The notes beneath the pieces are model-generated. The model was given only the letters and a program-made list of their open reading frames with translations, was not told the origin of the DNA and searched no databases. Of a stretch of DNA of 64,000 nucleotides, positions 1-8,781 are shown in pieces. The DNA lies in the IMG/VR virus record IMGVR_UViG_3300047408_000067, positions 26,616 to 90,615 of that record; one strand, 5' to 3'. The stretch's first letter is position 1; each line of letters begins with the position of its first letter. Position numbers and translations under genes: made by a program. The stretch comes from a virus.

Positions 1-69
1 ACAGGCTGGCACAATCCTACGTGCCAGCATCATCTTGCTCTTGCCCAGGTAAGTAAACATACCTAACAC

Positions 70-99
70 ATACTACAGCTTAGCGATGTCTAAATGCAA
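70..99 (-). promoter_or_regulatory. sigma70-type promoter pointing out of the window
   Basis: TTGCAT-N18-TAGTAT on minus strand, just downstream of a terminator; same pattern as other promoters in this window. Confidence 0.5.
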
Positions 100-108
100 G
101 TGCCACGA

Positions 109-137
109 GAAAAGGGCAGGGGTGCTATCCCCTGCCC
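109..137 (-). terminator. intrinsic terminator
   Basis: 9-bp stem GGGCAGGGG/CCCCTGCCC, 6-nt loop, followed by TTTT on minus strand, 12 nt after stop of 150..1163. Confidence 0.75.
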
Positions 138-149
138 AACCCCCGCTAG

Positions 150-1163
150 TTAGTCGGCGTCCGCGTCCTTGGCTTTCCAGATGCGGTACGTGCCCGCCTC
201 CTCGTTGTGGCGCATGACCAGGCCCAGGTCGTCGGCGTGGTTGTAAATCCAGCCGATGTTCATGCTGGTGTAGTTCTGGTCCTTCTCCGACAGCGTGGTC
301 TTGGTCGACTTGGCCCATGCACGGTGCAGGCGCTTCGCTTCCGTAATCACGTTCTCGGGCTTGCCAGCGCCGTCACTGTCGGCCAGCTCAGCCTTGCTCA
401 CCAGTTTCAGCGCCTGATACACGAAGTAGCGCTTGGCACCGATGGTGGACGGGTTACCCCACCCGCTGGTGTCGACCTTCGGCACTGCGGCTTTCTTGAC
501 CGCGCCGTTGGCCTTCGCCTTGGTTGGGCGTGCCTCTGGCTCGTCCTCTTCCTCGTAGTCCGCAGCCGCACGCTTGGTGCTGGTCTTGGCCGCGACCTTG
601 GCGACTGCCGCTTTCTTGGCAGGCCGCGTAACCACGACTTCCTCTTCCTCCTCGTCGGGGACTTCGTCCTCGTCGTCCTCATCGTCCTCGACAACGGGGG
701 CCTTGGCCTTCACTGGCGCGGCTTTCTTGGCAGGCGCAGCGGTGGCTTTCTTGGCGGCGGGGCGCCCGACGACTTCCTCTTCCTCCTCGTCGTCATCCTC
801 GTCGTCCTCATCATCTTCCTCGTCCTCGTCGTCCTCGTCCTCGACTACGACGCGCTTGGCCGTGGGCTTCGTTGGGGCCTTGGCTGCGGCTTTCTTGGCT
901 GTGGGCTTGACAACGACTTCTTCCTCCTCGTCGTCCTCCTCATCCTCGTCGCCTTCGTCCTCCCCATCGGTGTCCTCGTCCTCTTCCTCTGCGTCTTCCT
1001 CCTCGTCGGTCTCCTCAGCCGCCCCGCTGGACTGCTCCATTGCTTTGGCGCAATCGGCGTGGTACGGGTCGTCGTCGATAATCACTGGCTTGCCCGTGGC
1101 GATTGGTTTGTCACACAGCGTGCAAACCACTGGTGTCTTGCTCTTGCTCTTTGCTTCGGCCAT
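150..1163 (-). CDS. Zn-finger + long acidic/basic low-complexity protein with C-terminal putative winged-helix domain
   Basis: N-terminal CTLC...HADC; alternating D/E blocks and KKAAAK blocks; globular C-terminus; strong codon bias; AGGAG upstream. Confidence 0.8.
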   Translation of the reverse strand: MAEAKSKSKTPVVCTLCDKPIATGKPVIIDDDPYHADCAKAMEQSSGAAEETDEEEDAEEEDEDTDGEDEGDEDEEDDEEEEVVVKPTAKKAAAKAPTKPTAKRVVVEDEDDEDEEDDEDDEDDDEEEEEVVGRPAAKKATAAPAKKAAPVKAKAPVVEDDEDDEDEVPDEEEEEVVVTRPAKKAAVAKVAAKTSTKRAAADYEEEDEPEARPTKAKANGAVKKAAVPKVDTSGWGNPSTIGAKRYFVYQALKLVSKAELADSDGAGKPENVITEAKRLHRAWAKSTKTTLSEKDQNYTSMNIGWIYNHADDLGLVMRHNEEAGTYRIWKAKDADAD

Positions 1164-1179
1164 TAGCCCGCTAAACTCC

Positions 1180-1563
1180 TTAGAATGGCTGGTCGTACTT
1201 CAGACGCTTTAGTATCTGGCGGTCACGCACCACACCAGCGATGGTGGTACGTAATGTACAGGTAGGAGAACACACCCTCAGCTTTCCGGCTTTCTTGTGC
1301 GCCGCAATCTTAGCCTTACCCGCTACCACTGACGTTGCAAGCTCTTGCGCTCTTGTGCGCATTAGCTCACTACGCATATACAGGGGGACGGCTTTGCTTG
1401 GCACACTACACTTTACCAGCCCAGGCTTCCCTTTGGCAAGGTGGGGCCTGAGCAATGAAGGTGGCTTACTCGCCGCGCTTACGAACGCATCGGCGGGTAT
1501 ATACTTGACAATCAAGATGATTGCCACAACTAACAGCAATCCGAGTTTGGCTTCTGTGTCCAC
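1180..1563 (-). CDS. hypothetical membrane-anchored basic protein
   Basis: N-terminal hydrophobic stretch LGLLLVVAIILIV; abuts upstream stop. Confidence 0.6.
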   Translation of the reverse strand: MDTEAKLGLLLVVAIILIVKYIPADAFVSAASKPPSLLRPHLAKGKPGLVKCSVPSKAVPLYMRSELMRTRAQELATSVVAGKAKIAAHKKAGKLRVCSPTCTLRTTIAGVVRDRQILKRLKYDQPF

Positions 1564-1863
1564 CTATATCTTCTGCAGTTCTGCCTCCATTAGCTGGAGG
1601 ATACCTTCAGCTTCGTATTGGCCGTCGATGTGTCCAAAACTGCGCGTGCTCACCTCGGATAAGATACTCATCATACCAGTGGTTTCCGACCAGAAATGCG
1701 GCCGGTCCTGGTACTCGAGGAACGTGTCAAACGTCGGCCGCAACATTGTATCCACTGTTGCGTATAGCGTAACCACACACTCCACGGTATCTACTACCAA
1801 GTAGGTGTCGGGGCTATCCTTGCCCTGGTACACCTTCTCACTCGGCTTGCTACCTATATGCAA
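1564..1863 (-). CDS. hypothetical protein
   Basis: Start moved to TTG at 1863 behind AGGAGGT. Confidence 0.6.
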   Translation of the reverse strand: MHIGSKPSEKVYQGKDSPDTYLVVDTVECVVTLYATVDTMLRPTFDTFLEYQDRPHFWSETTGMMSILSEVSTRSFGHIDGQYEAEGILQLMEAELQKI

Positions 1864-1936
1864 GCTAGACCTCCTATTTACTTGTTCAAGTGCGCTGCCC
1901 CCACTTGGGGCCAACAAAAACAGTATGCCACCAAAG

Positions 1937-2296
1937 TTATCCGTGCGGCAATCCCAGTGGAGCGTCAAAGACGAAGTTCGTTGGGAACGGCTCAAACCCA
2001 CCCTGCTCATTATACACCAAAATGACAAAGGGGTACCCCAGTCTTTGGCGTAGAGCCTGAACAGCTACCACGTTGAAGTAGGCATGTCCCGTTACCAGGA
2101 AGAATATCCTACTGGAAGGCCAGATCCTCTCCACGCTGGCACGTATCTCGGCGGTCACATCTAGTATGTAATCTCGCGTTAGTGGCCGCCGAGCTAGCAT
2201 GGATAATGGATAGAGAACTACCTGGTCCTTGAGCCACTCCTCAAGGACCGCCTTATCGTGGTGGTGTGGTGTTGCTGAGACTACCGTTAGCACCAC
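1937..2296 (-). CDS. hypothetical alpha/beta protein, weak resemblance to stand-alone CARF-type domains
   Basis: GTG start at 2296; pattern LTVVSATPH...IFFLVTGH...LRQRLGYPFVILVY. Confidence 0.55.
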   Translation of the reverse strand: MVLTVVSATPHHHDKAVLEEWLKDQVVLYPLSMLARRPLTRDYILDVTAEIRASVERIWPSSRIFFLVTGHAYFNVVAVQALRQRLGYPFVILVYNEQGGFEPFPTNFVFDAPLGLPHG

Positions 2297-2411
2297 TGAC
2301 CTGCTGTTGGGTCCGTGCTTTCTCCAGCTTCGCTCGCGTACGGTTTGCCTTCGCCATCTGTCGGCCAAGTTTGATCTCCAGCTTCTCCAGCTTGGAGGTT
2401 TGGTCAGCCAC
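2253..2411 (-). CDS. small basic coiled-coil protein (52 aa, not in ORF track)
   Basis: GTG behind AAGAAGGTG; MADQTSKLEKLEIKLGRQMAKANRTRAKLEKARTQQQVSGANGSLSNTTPPR; fills the gap between neighbours. Confidence 0.6.
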   Translation of the reverse strand: MADQTSKLEKLEIKLGRQMAKANRTRAKLEKARTQQQVSGANGSLSNTTPPR

Positions 2412-2874
2412 GTTTCACCTTCTTACGCCGCACAGGCGCGACCTCTTCCTCTTCTTCCTCGTCGTCTTCCTCGACCTCGGCTACCTCTTCCTCCTCATCA
2501 TCGTCTGGCTCCTCCTCCTCACGCTTGGTAGCAAACAGCATGAGTACTTCGCCAAGCTCGTCATCATAGTCGGTGACAGCAGTTAGGTCATACCCGCGCA
2601 CCCGTAGGGGTTTGCGGACACCCTCGCGGATTTTGACCTTCTCGGTTTTGCTGGCGACAGGGATGACCACTGCTTTCTCGCCCAGCTCCAGCCTGATAAG
2701 CCTGCGCACCAGTTTCTCGTACTCTGGGTTGCGCGACCCAGGCGAGCGCCCCTTTGGCACGTCATCCCTGCGGATGGTGCGGGCAACGACAATCAAGCCG
2801 TTCTTGGGAGCAGCCTGCTCTGGCTCCTCATCGTCCTCTACAGGACGCCGTTTCTTCCTATGGGCTATGACCAC
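2404..2874 (-). CDS. hypothetical protein with acidic/basic tails
   Basis: GTG at 2874 behind AAGGAGA; C-terminal E/D tract followed by RRKKVKRG. Confidence 0.75.
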   Translation of the reverse strand: MVIAHRKKRRPVEDDEEPEQAAPKNGLIVVARTIRRDDVPKGRSPGSRNPEYEKLVRRLIRLELGEKAVVIPVASKTEKVKIREGVRKPLRVRGYDLTAVTDYDDELGEVLMLFATKREEEEPDDDEEEEVAEVEEDDEEEEEEVAPVRRKKVKRG

Positions 2875-2912
2875 TTGGTTATCTCCTTGCTGGCACTTTT
2901 TGCCATAAGGCA

Positions 2913-2942
2913 ACTATACAGCAGCAGGCTTCCCATTTGCAA
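2913..2942 (-). promoter_or_regulatory. sigma70-type promoter
   Basis: TTGCAA-N18-TATAGT, intergenic. Confidence 0.65.
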
Positions 2943-2962
2943 GTTGCAGTTTTGCAGTGGAG

Positions 2963-3220
2963 TTAGTAGTCTCTAGGGATCATGCCAGGAATCTCTTCAG
3001 GGTCCTGAGGGCGTTCACGAGCCAGTTCTATTGTGACGGCCCCATCCTTGCGGATGGTAGCAGCATTGCTCATCCTGGTCCACTTCGTGGTGAGCTTCGA
3101 GTACTCGTCTTCACTCACGTAACCGAATATACGTATCGCTTCGATTATAGACAGTACATCGTTCTCAGCACACGCCTGCTGGACCATCTTCAAGAACGGA
3201 GCTAAACGGTCTCTAGCCAT
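2963..3220 (-). CDS. hypothetical protein
   Basis: 85-aa ORF overlapping end of TS homologue. Confidence 0.6.
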   Translation of the reverse strand: MARDRLAPFLKMVQQACAENDVLSIIEAIRIFGYVSEDEYSKLTTKWTRMSNAATIRKDGAVTIELARERPQDPEEIPGMIPRDY

Positions 3221-4368
3221 TTACGTACCTGTTCATAGGGTACCCCGTAGGATGATAGTTCTAGATACGCTGCTTGAATCAGGTTCGAATACTTCTCTGG
3301 GTCTTTGTTCCAACGGTACTGACAGAAGTTACGCATCATCGGTGCCCTGAGCTCTGGATACTCAGGCAGACCTTCGAATGCTCTTTCGTCGTCGTGTTGC
3401 TTGAAGTCACGGTACGCCTGCAACGTTTGTATCACAGCCCGCCAGTACGGACCTATCACGTTCTCCAATCGTTTGAAGTCGTCGTGGTGGTACTCTATCT
3501 GTTCGCGGATGTTGCGCTCTGCCCTGGTTAGCTCAGTGGCAACTAGCGGACCAGTCTTCATCATTGGCGGTGTGGCTTCGAAATACTGGTACAAGTCAAA
3601 CGGCTTGACGTCTTCGCACTCTCGGTACTTTTCCCGATACACGTGGAAGCTGTCCTGCACTATGAACATATGTCCCATTGGCACATGCAATGACGCAGCC
3701 ACCCACTCCTGGACGTGGCTCCACTGCATAACGTTGTACGGTATCCCCCATACCGCATCGTTGCTACGAATGATTTGCATCCAGTCCAGCCTGCCTTCTC
3801 TTATCATGGCATGGGCATAGACGTTGCAAGCTCTGTCATTTGTCTGGGCCTGGTAGTTATCCCAATACGGGTGGCTGAGAACAATACTAGCCTGTCTGCT
3901 GTCGGGGTCTGCCACCAGGGTCTGGATTACATGCTCAAGCTGGTCTATTCCAGAATAATCAAGGCTCTTCCTAGCACCGTAGTCATAATGGCGCATTCTA
4001 TCCCCATACGCCGCATTGAAACCAACTACATCACGCTGCCAATGGGGTGTACCTCTTGGGCCATCACCCTGGATGTCGATGATGCTACTGTTGTAGAAGG
4101 CCAGCGCCTGAGCATCATTCTGCCCCGTGATAATATGCATCGCTTCAACAAGGGCAAACGGCAGATTGATCATTCGACCCATGCAGGTCGTAACACGCTT
4201 TCGTGGGTCCAATATAAGAGCCGTGGTGGGGTGTAGTTCCCTCGTCGTCTTACCCCTTGGAGAGGTCTCGGTACCTTTTGCCATGAGGGTCTTACAGATG
4301 TCGGCGTAGTAGTCGTTTACACCCACTGCCGAGAAGTGCCATGCCTGGGGAATATCAGTTATTGTCAT
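3202..4368 (-). CDS. thymidylate synthase homologue, probable dUMP hydroxymethylase
   Basis: SPRG, AYGDR, DQL...DPDSRQA, catalytic Cys (DRACN), RSNDAVWGIPYN (Asn = dUMP-type), SFHVY; long C-terminal extension. Confidence 0.85.
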   Translation of the reverse strand: MTITDIPQAWHFSAVGVNDYYADICKTLMAKGTETSPRGKTTRELHPTTALILDPRKRVTTCMGRMINLPFALVEAMHIITGQNDAQALAFYNSSIIDIQGDGPRGTPHWQRDVVGFNAAYGDRMRHYDYGARKSLDYSGIDQLEHVIQTLVADPDSRQASIVLSHPYWDNYQAQTNDRACNVYAHAMIREGRLDWMQIIRSNDAVWGIPYNVMQWSHVQEWVAASLHVPMGHMFIVQDSFHVYREKYRECEDVKPFDLYQYFEATPPMMKTGPLVATELTRAERNIREQIEYHHDDFKRLENVIGPYWRAVIQTLQAYRDFKQHDDERAFEGLPEYPELRAPMMRNFCQYRWNKDPEKYSNLIQAAYLELSSYGVPYEQVRKWLETV

Positions 4369-4384
4369 AGCTTTGTGTGCCTAC

Positions 4385-4840
4385 CTACATTGTAGCAGCT
4401 AAGACTTCTGTATGCCAAACAGGGAAGTACACGTTGGACTTATAGGTATGACCATACCTATTTGCTATCCGCATCTTGCCTTTCCGCAGCCTGCCCTGCT
4501 TGACCAGGTCTTCTAGCATTTGCCATAGACTGTTCTTGTTCTGGAACGTTGTGACCAGTACCAGCTCTTTTGCCGTAAACGGTCCTAAGACCATAGTGGC
4601 ATATTCGCAGCACTGCTGATACAAATCATCCAAGGATTTGTCGCGGCCAGATCTCCTCTCGTCAAAGGGTACTTTGCGTTGACAGTCATTGATAGTGCGG
4701 GCTATGTCGTAGCTCAGTGGTATCTGGAACGCGGGACAGTAGTAACCCTCGCCTCTTTCACGAAGCAGCTTACAGTCGAAGCAAGAGCTAATCCGCCAAG
4801 ACACCTGCCCACTCTCGTAGTTTTTGGTAGTCCTCTTCAT
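4385..4840 (-). CDS. Cys-rich + winged-helix putative DNA-binding protein
   Basis: CFDC...C...C N-terminus; FTAKEL...LWQMLEDLVKQGRL wHTH-like pattern. Confidence 0.6.
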   Translation of the reverse strand: MKRTTKNYESGQVSWRISSCFDCKLLRERGEGYYCPAFQIPLSYDIARTINDCQRKVPFDERRSGRDKSLDDLYQQCCEYATMVLGPFTAKELVLVTTFQNKNSLWQMLEDLVKQGRLRKGKMRIANRYGHTYKSNVYFPVWHTEVLAATM

Positions 4841-5171
4841 ACATGAAGATCCGCCAGTACAGATACTTACCCCTACGGCCTAATGTCCTGCGGTGGTACA
4901 CAGCACATATCGCGACGCTGTCAGGGAGCGTCACAACCGCCTTGATACCCCGCAGTATGGCACGCACACTACCGTAGCCCCCAAGCGAGTCGGTCCTCTT
5001 GATCTGGAACGCGTAGAGCTTGCGACCTATCCACACGTTGTCCAGAATCGACCTGCTCTGGCTGCTCCGTATCGCGACCAGGTGGTACGGGAGCTCCTCC
5101 CCTATCCTGCGTATCTCGTTCTCCTTGGTCTGGCCCCAGGCTTTTCTTGAGCCTTTTCTTGTCCACGCCAT
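4788..5171 (-). CDS. Hjc-like PD-(D/E)xK nuclease / Holliday junction resolvase
   Basis: G..KENEI...IRSSQS...D......FQIK pattern. Confidence 0.55.
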   Translation of the reverse strand: MAWTRKGSRKAWGQTKENEIRRIGEELPYHLVAIRSSQSRSILDNVWIGRKLYAFQIKRTDSLGGYGSVRAILRGIKAVVTLPDSVAICAVYHRRTLGRRGKYLYWRIFMYEEDYQKLREWAGVLAD

Positions 5172-5185
5172 GAGGCTTACTCCAA

Positions 5186-5716
5186 TCAGGATGGTACGAA
5201 GCAGGTTCTGCAGGTCCAGGGAAAGAACTTTGAAGACGGCCGTCTTTCCATAAGCCGTGGAGCTCTAAGAAGAGACGCCCTTCCATCACAGAGGGGGCAC
5301 CTAACACGAGGTATACGATTGTGTGCCCAGAATGTTCGCCTATGACGTTCGCTAATCCCTTCAGGGCATCCAAGGGACGCCGGGATTCCAAGTTTAGGAG
5401 AACGTAGAGTGGACTTGCAATGCACGCAGGTCCACACGTCTTGGTCAGGGGTTTGGGCCATGAGGCCCCATTGGTGATAGCGGCGCTTTGTGATCCAGGT
5501 ACGCTTTCTGAGGAACTCATTGTATGCTAGCGTCACTCCTTCCGGTGGAAACTTGATTACACAACCAAGGCATCGCTTGGGCGTTACCTTGATACCCTGA
5601 TAGTACGTGAGTAGGATGAAGCATGGACGGCCACACACCACACACGTTCTGCTCTGGCCGCTTTTGGACAGAGTGTAGTTGCTGTTCTTCAGGATGTGGT
5701 CCTCCACTTCAAACAC
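5186..5716 (-). CDS. multi-Zn-ribbon hypothetical protein
   Basis: CVVC, CLGC, CVHC, CPLC, CRTC motifs. Confidence 0.65.
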   Translation of the reverse strand: MFEVEDHILKNSNYTLSKSGQSRTCVVCGRPCFILLTYYQGIKVTPKRCLGCVIKFPPEGVTLAYNEFLRKRTWITKRRYHQWGLMAQTPDQDVWTCVHCKSTLRSPKLGIPASLGCPEGISERHRRTFWAHNRIPRVRCPLCDGRASLLRAPRLMERRPSSKFFPWTCRTCFVPS

Positions 5717-6278
5717 TAAGACCTCCCCATTGGTCAGCCATCGCTTCGGCTATACCAGGGAAAGTTACGCTTCGTATCTTGCCTCTGTCAACACTGGTTA
5801 CCATGTCGAAGAAGCGCGTCTGGAAGCGTTTGGGCACATACTTAGTAGGTCTCAGCAAGGGCAGGTGCCGGAGCCATAAATGTGTCTTCTTCTGCTCCGT
5901 GTCGCCAAACTGCCAGGGATGAATCATCTGGTCTGGCAGTCTAATGCGCGTGCTTATGAGACCCACAGGGTTCTCAATGCAGATATAGTATATAGGCGCA
6001 GCCATTAGCTCTCGCACAAACGCCAGTGCTTCTCGTGTCTTCGCTGGACGTCCAGGAGCACGGTACCACACTGCGCCTGATATTGCTAGGTACGTGCAGG
6101 GCGGATGCGCTACCATAAGGTCCCAGCCGTCGTGGAGTATATCCCGCACGTCTCCACGGTAGTGGTAGCCAGGGTTGGCTTCACTACGCGCCAAATCACA
6201 AGAGACAGCAAAATGGCCGCGACGCGCAAACGCATCACGTACACGACCACTAAACTCACAAGCAACCAATACCCGCAC
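5709..6278 (-). CDS. short DNA cytosine-C5 methyltransferase-like protein
   Basis: VLVACEFSG (motif I-like), AHPPC (motif IV), IENP (motif VI); only 189 aa. Confidence 0.7.
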   Translation of the reverse strand: MRVLVACEFSGRVRDAFARRGHFAVSCDLARSEANPGYHYRGDVRDILHDGWDLMVAHPPCTYLAISGAVWYRAPGRPAKTREALAFVRELMAAPIYYICIENPVGLISTRIRLPDQMIHPWQFGDTEQKKTHLWLRHLPLLRPTKYVPKRFQTRFFDMVTSVDRGKIRSVTFPGIAEAMADQWGGLSV

Positions 6279-6286
6279 ACCTACCC

Positions 6287-6316
6287 ACTATAGCCGCCTA
6301 GACTACTCCCCTGCAA
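6287..6316 (-). promoter_or_regulatory. sigma70-type promoter (leaderless or near-leaderless mRNA)
   Basis: TTGCAG-N18-TATAGT ending 8 nt before GTG at 6278. Confidence 0.6.
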
Positions 6317-6350
6317 TCTAGCTTTGAGTAGGTTTTGAGCAGTCCGTGAG

Positions 6351-6911
6351 CTAGGTGCCGCCACCCCGCCCTGAAGCAACGCGCATTTCTGCCATCCGCC
6401 ACATGCTCTCTCGATCCAGGGCATTGACGTACATCTGGAAGTCTTTGGTTAGGGCGTCAAGTGCTTCTTCCAAACGGATAAGGTTGTCTAACTCTCGCTC
6501 CAAGTTGGCAATGCGCTTGCTCGCCTGCACCTTACCCCAGAGTGCATCCACGTAGACTTTGCTGCTACGCTCGGGGGCAAATATGCGGAAGAGGCGCTTT
6601 TTGGATCTGTCTAATATACGCTCTTGCGCTTTCTTCTCACCCCTAGTTATCCCGAGCAATGCGTTCACTCGTGCAAATTGTGCTGCCCAATACGACTGTA
6701 GCGCACGTAGCTCACGCGGCTGAATCATTGTGATGTCGCTGGGAAATGCGTTGTCCTCAGTTATCTCGGGCATCTGCGCCGGAAACGGTATGCTCAAGCG
6801 CGCCAGAGTCTCAAGTAACTCGGTGCGCGGTACAACCAGTTCCAGGCTGCGGATCATACGTGGGGTCAGCGGGGCTACCGCCGCGAGGTTAGTATGGTCT
6901 TTAGTCGGCAT
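6351..6911 (-). CDS. helical coiled-coil hypothetical protein
   Basis: Amphipathic helices; AAGGAG upstream; in recombination gene block. Confidence 0.7.
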   Translation of the reverse strand: MPTKDHTNLAAVAPLTPRMIRSLELVVPRTELLETLARLSIPFPAQMPEITEDNAFPSDITMIQPRELRALQSYWAAQFARVNALLGITRGEKKAQERILDRSKKRLFRIFAPERSSKVYVDALWGKVQASKRIANLERELDNLIRLEEALDALTKDFQMYVNALDRESMWRMAEMRVASGRGGGT

Positions 6912-7092
6912 TTATCCACTCCTTGCCGCAGTCTTGCATGGGGCATCTAGCCAGCACCCCATCCGGAAGGTCGCTACCCCTAAATGTCTCAACGACGCTT
7001 CCGTCGTGTGGACAGACCAGTGCTACGACGAACCCACGCCGGTTCGCTATCAGTTGTGCCGTTACGAGCTTCTCCTGGTCTGCCTGGGTCAA
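6901..7092 (-). CDS. small Zn-ribbon protein
   Basis: Probable TTG start 7092; CPHD...CPMQDC; start uncertain. Confidence 0.45.
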   Translation of the reverse strand: MTQADQEKLVTAQLIANRRGFVVALVCPHDGSVVETFRGSDLPDGVLARCPMQDCGKEWINAD

Positions 7093-7477
7093 CGGTATAC
7101 TCTTCTCTTGGAAGTGCCCGACTGCGCTTCCTAGCGAGCTTCTCCGCCAGTTGAAGTCGACATACCCTGCAACCGGATAGACCTTCAAACGTCTTGGGGT
7201 TCTGGTGTTTCTTGTAGATACCCTTGAGGTGCCAGCAGGCATGGCAGAGTACTAGATGCCTCTTTCCAATTTGATGGTATTGCGGTACGTCCTTGTCGCT
7301 GCCGTTAGTGTAGTACCACTTGCGTTCCAGGCAGACATTGCAAGTGTAGTTGCTAATCTGGTCGAGTGTTGCGTCTCTAGTGGGGTAGAATTTTCCAGGA
7401 TTCTTGGCTTTCCATTTCTCACGCTCTTTGTAAAGCTGGAGCCAATACCTCTTTTGCCACAAAGCTAGGGTAACCAT
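6989..7477 (-). CDS. Zn-finger hypothetical protein
   Basis: CNVC, CHAC, CRVC; TACAAT -10 box 10 nt upstream of ATG. Confidence 0.65.
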   Translation of the reverse strand: MVTLALWQKRYWLQLYKEREKWKAKNPGKFYPTRDATLDQISNYTCNVCLERKWYYTNGSDKDVPQYHQIGKRHLVLCHACWHLKGIYKKHQNPKTFEGLSGCRVCRLQLAEKLARKRSRALPREEYTVDPGRPGEARNGTTDSEPAWVRRSTGLSTRRKRR

Positions 7478-7507
7478 GTATGCCTACATTGTACCCGCTG
7501 GGACGGT

Positions 7508-8326
7508 CTAGCCGCCAGCTTGCGTGATACGTAGACAGTTCAGGCTTTGACGGCAATTAGCGAACATACGATCCCCAGGCTGAACGTGGCCCTTGGAATC
7601 CATAGTGCAGCCGTGCTCTGGCAGCGTACCTTCCTGACGGTGCTTACGCAAGATCTTGTACTGAGCACGTAGCTGTGCGATCAGCTCTGGGTCCCGATTG
7701 ATGGGCAGCTCGAAGTACTCTTGCGTATTCTTGTTCTCGAACCAGAGGATCCCTTTGTTGATGTGGAGCGCCTGCATGTAGTTGTGCAGTTGCCAGCGGT
7801 ATCCCTGTAGATGCTCTGGTAGCTTGTGCGTTCTCTCCACTTCCTTGAAGGTAGCGTCGTTGGCACCCTTGACATCGATGACGTAAATTTCCCCACCTAT
7901 TTCCACCACGTCATCAGGTGTGCCCGCCACATACCACGGAAGATACTCTACAAGCTCCTCTTGCGCGTGTACAGTTAGGTACCCTGCCCGTTGCATACGC
8001 AGGAATATTGTGTGCCATCTAAGATGTCGCCAGTGGCCGTCGTCAAATAGACTGTTGGTACGTGGGTTCTCGTCTATCTTCCCTGGCATACCATTGATAG
8101 CAAGCATCTGCTCGCGTAGGCAGCGCTTAGACCCAGATGGGCTGAAGTAAGTGCGCTGTCTCGGTAGCTTACGGGCCAGAAGTAGTTTGGCTGCGAACGC
8201 AGCTTCCGTCTTACTAAAGTCACCCAAATCCTGGGTGATCATAAACTGGTCTACTAAGGGCGTCAGTATCTTAGTCGGGTCACGCCTGTTCTTCAGGTAC
8301 TTCTTTATGTCAAAGCCAGGAGACAT
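7508..8326 (-). CDS. Cas4-like PD-(D/E)xK exonuclease
   Basis: FSPSGSKRCLRE, G...H, GTPD...IDVK, QLHNYM, C-terminal Cys cluster. Confidence 0.8.
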   Translation of the reverse strand: MSPGFDIKKYLKNRRDPTKILTPLVDQFMITQDLGDFSKTEAAFAAKLLLARKLPRQRTYFSPSGSKRCLREQMLAINGMPGKIDENPRTNSLFDDGHWRHLRWHTIFLRMQRAGYLTVHAQEELVEYLPWYVAGTPDDVVEIGGEIYVIDVKGANDATFKEVERTHKLPEHLQGYRWQLHNYMQALHINKGILWFENKNTQEYFELPINRDPELIAQLRAQYKILRKHRQEGTLPEHGCTMDSKGHVQPGDRMFANCRQSLNCLRITQAGG

Positions 8327-8645
8327 CTCTACACTGCCTGCAAGAGTCCCTGTTGCACCCGTCAGTTTTGACAGGGAAACCCTTCTTTCTTAGGAACATA
8401 CTGTCACATTTGCTCAACAGGTGCGGGCTTGGGACCAAGATGATACGCTGCTCCGTCTTGGTGTCCTTGGTTTTGAACCACACCTTGCGCTTCGTCAGAA
8501 ACATCAGGCGGTAGTAGCTCTCGTACATCTCGTGGATCCAGGTGCTGCGCTCCCCCACTGGCATGTTCTTGGGCAGTATATATACCCACTTCAGGGTTTG
8601 AATGCTCGTGGGATCTCCCTGTATTGGAAACGCTCTCGCTTGCAT
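8310..8645 (-). CDS. hypothetical protein with C-terminal Cys motif
   Basis: ATG 8645 behind AGGA (start uncertain); CNRDSCRQC at end. Confidence 0.45.
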   Translation of the reverse strand: MQARAFPIQGDPTSIQTLKWVYILPKNMPVGERSTWIHEMYESYYRLMFLTKRKVWFKTKDTKTEQRIILVPSPHLLSKCDSMFLRKKGFPVKTDGCNRDSCRQCRDVSWL

Positions 8646-8781
8646 AGCAGTCCTGACATATGATGATCTGAGGCAGTGTGCAGCCAGACGGTCCCCGCCA
8701 CATGACACACGTCGCTCTTGGGTAGACAATAACCTCACACTCTATACAGCGTAGATTATAGTGTCTGTGGTAACCTGCCAC
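8404..8781 (-). CDS. Zn-finger hypothetical protein
   Basis: CIEC...CQDC; C-terminal half overlaps the next gene out of frame. Confidence 0.5.
   Translation of the reverse strand: MAGYHRHYNLRCIECEVIVYPRATCVMWRGPSGCTLPQIIICQDCYASESVSNTGRSHEHSNPEVGIYTAQEHASGGAQHLDPRDVRELLPPDVSDEAQGVVQNQGHQDGAAYHLGPKPAPVEQM

Noticed and set aside
207-1212. Long plus-strand ORFs (207..1166, 574..1212) and similar ones at 20987, 21472, 23648, 30901, 56433, 60895, 62029
   Set aside because: Antisense shadows of codon-biased or low-complexity minus-strand genes; no RBS or motifs
7508-8326. CRISPR-Cas system suggested by the Cas4-like gene
   Set aside because: No repeat-spacer array or other cas genes; solo Cas4-like nucleases are common in phage recombination modules
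8607-8620. Non-canonical ACG start behind GGGAG
   Set aside because: An in-frame ATG with AGGA exists 36 nt upstream (8645)
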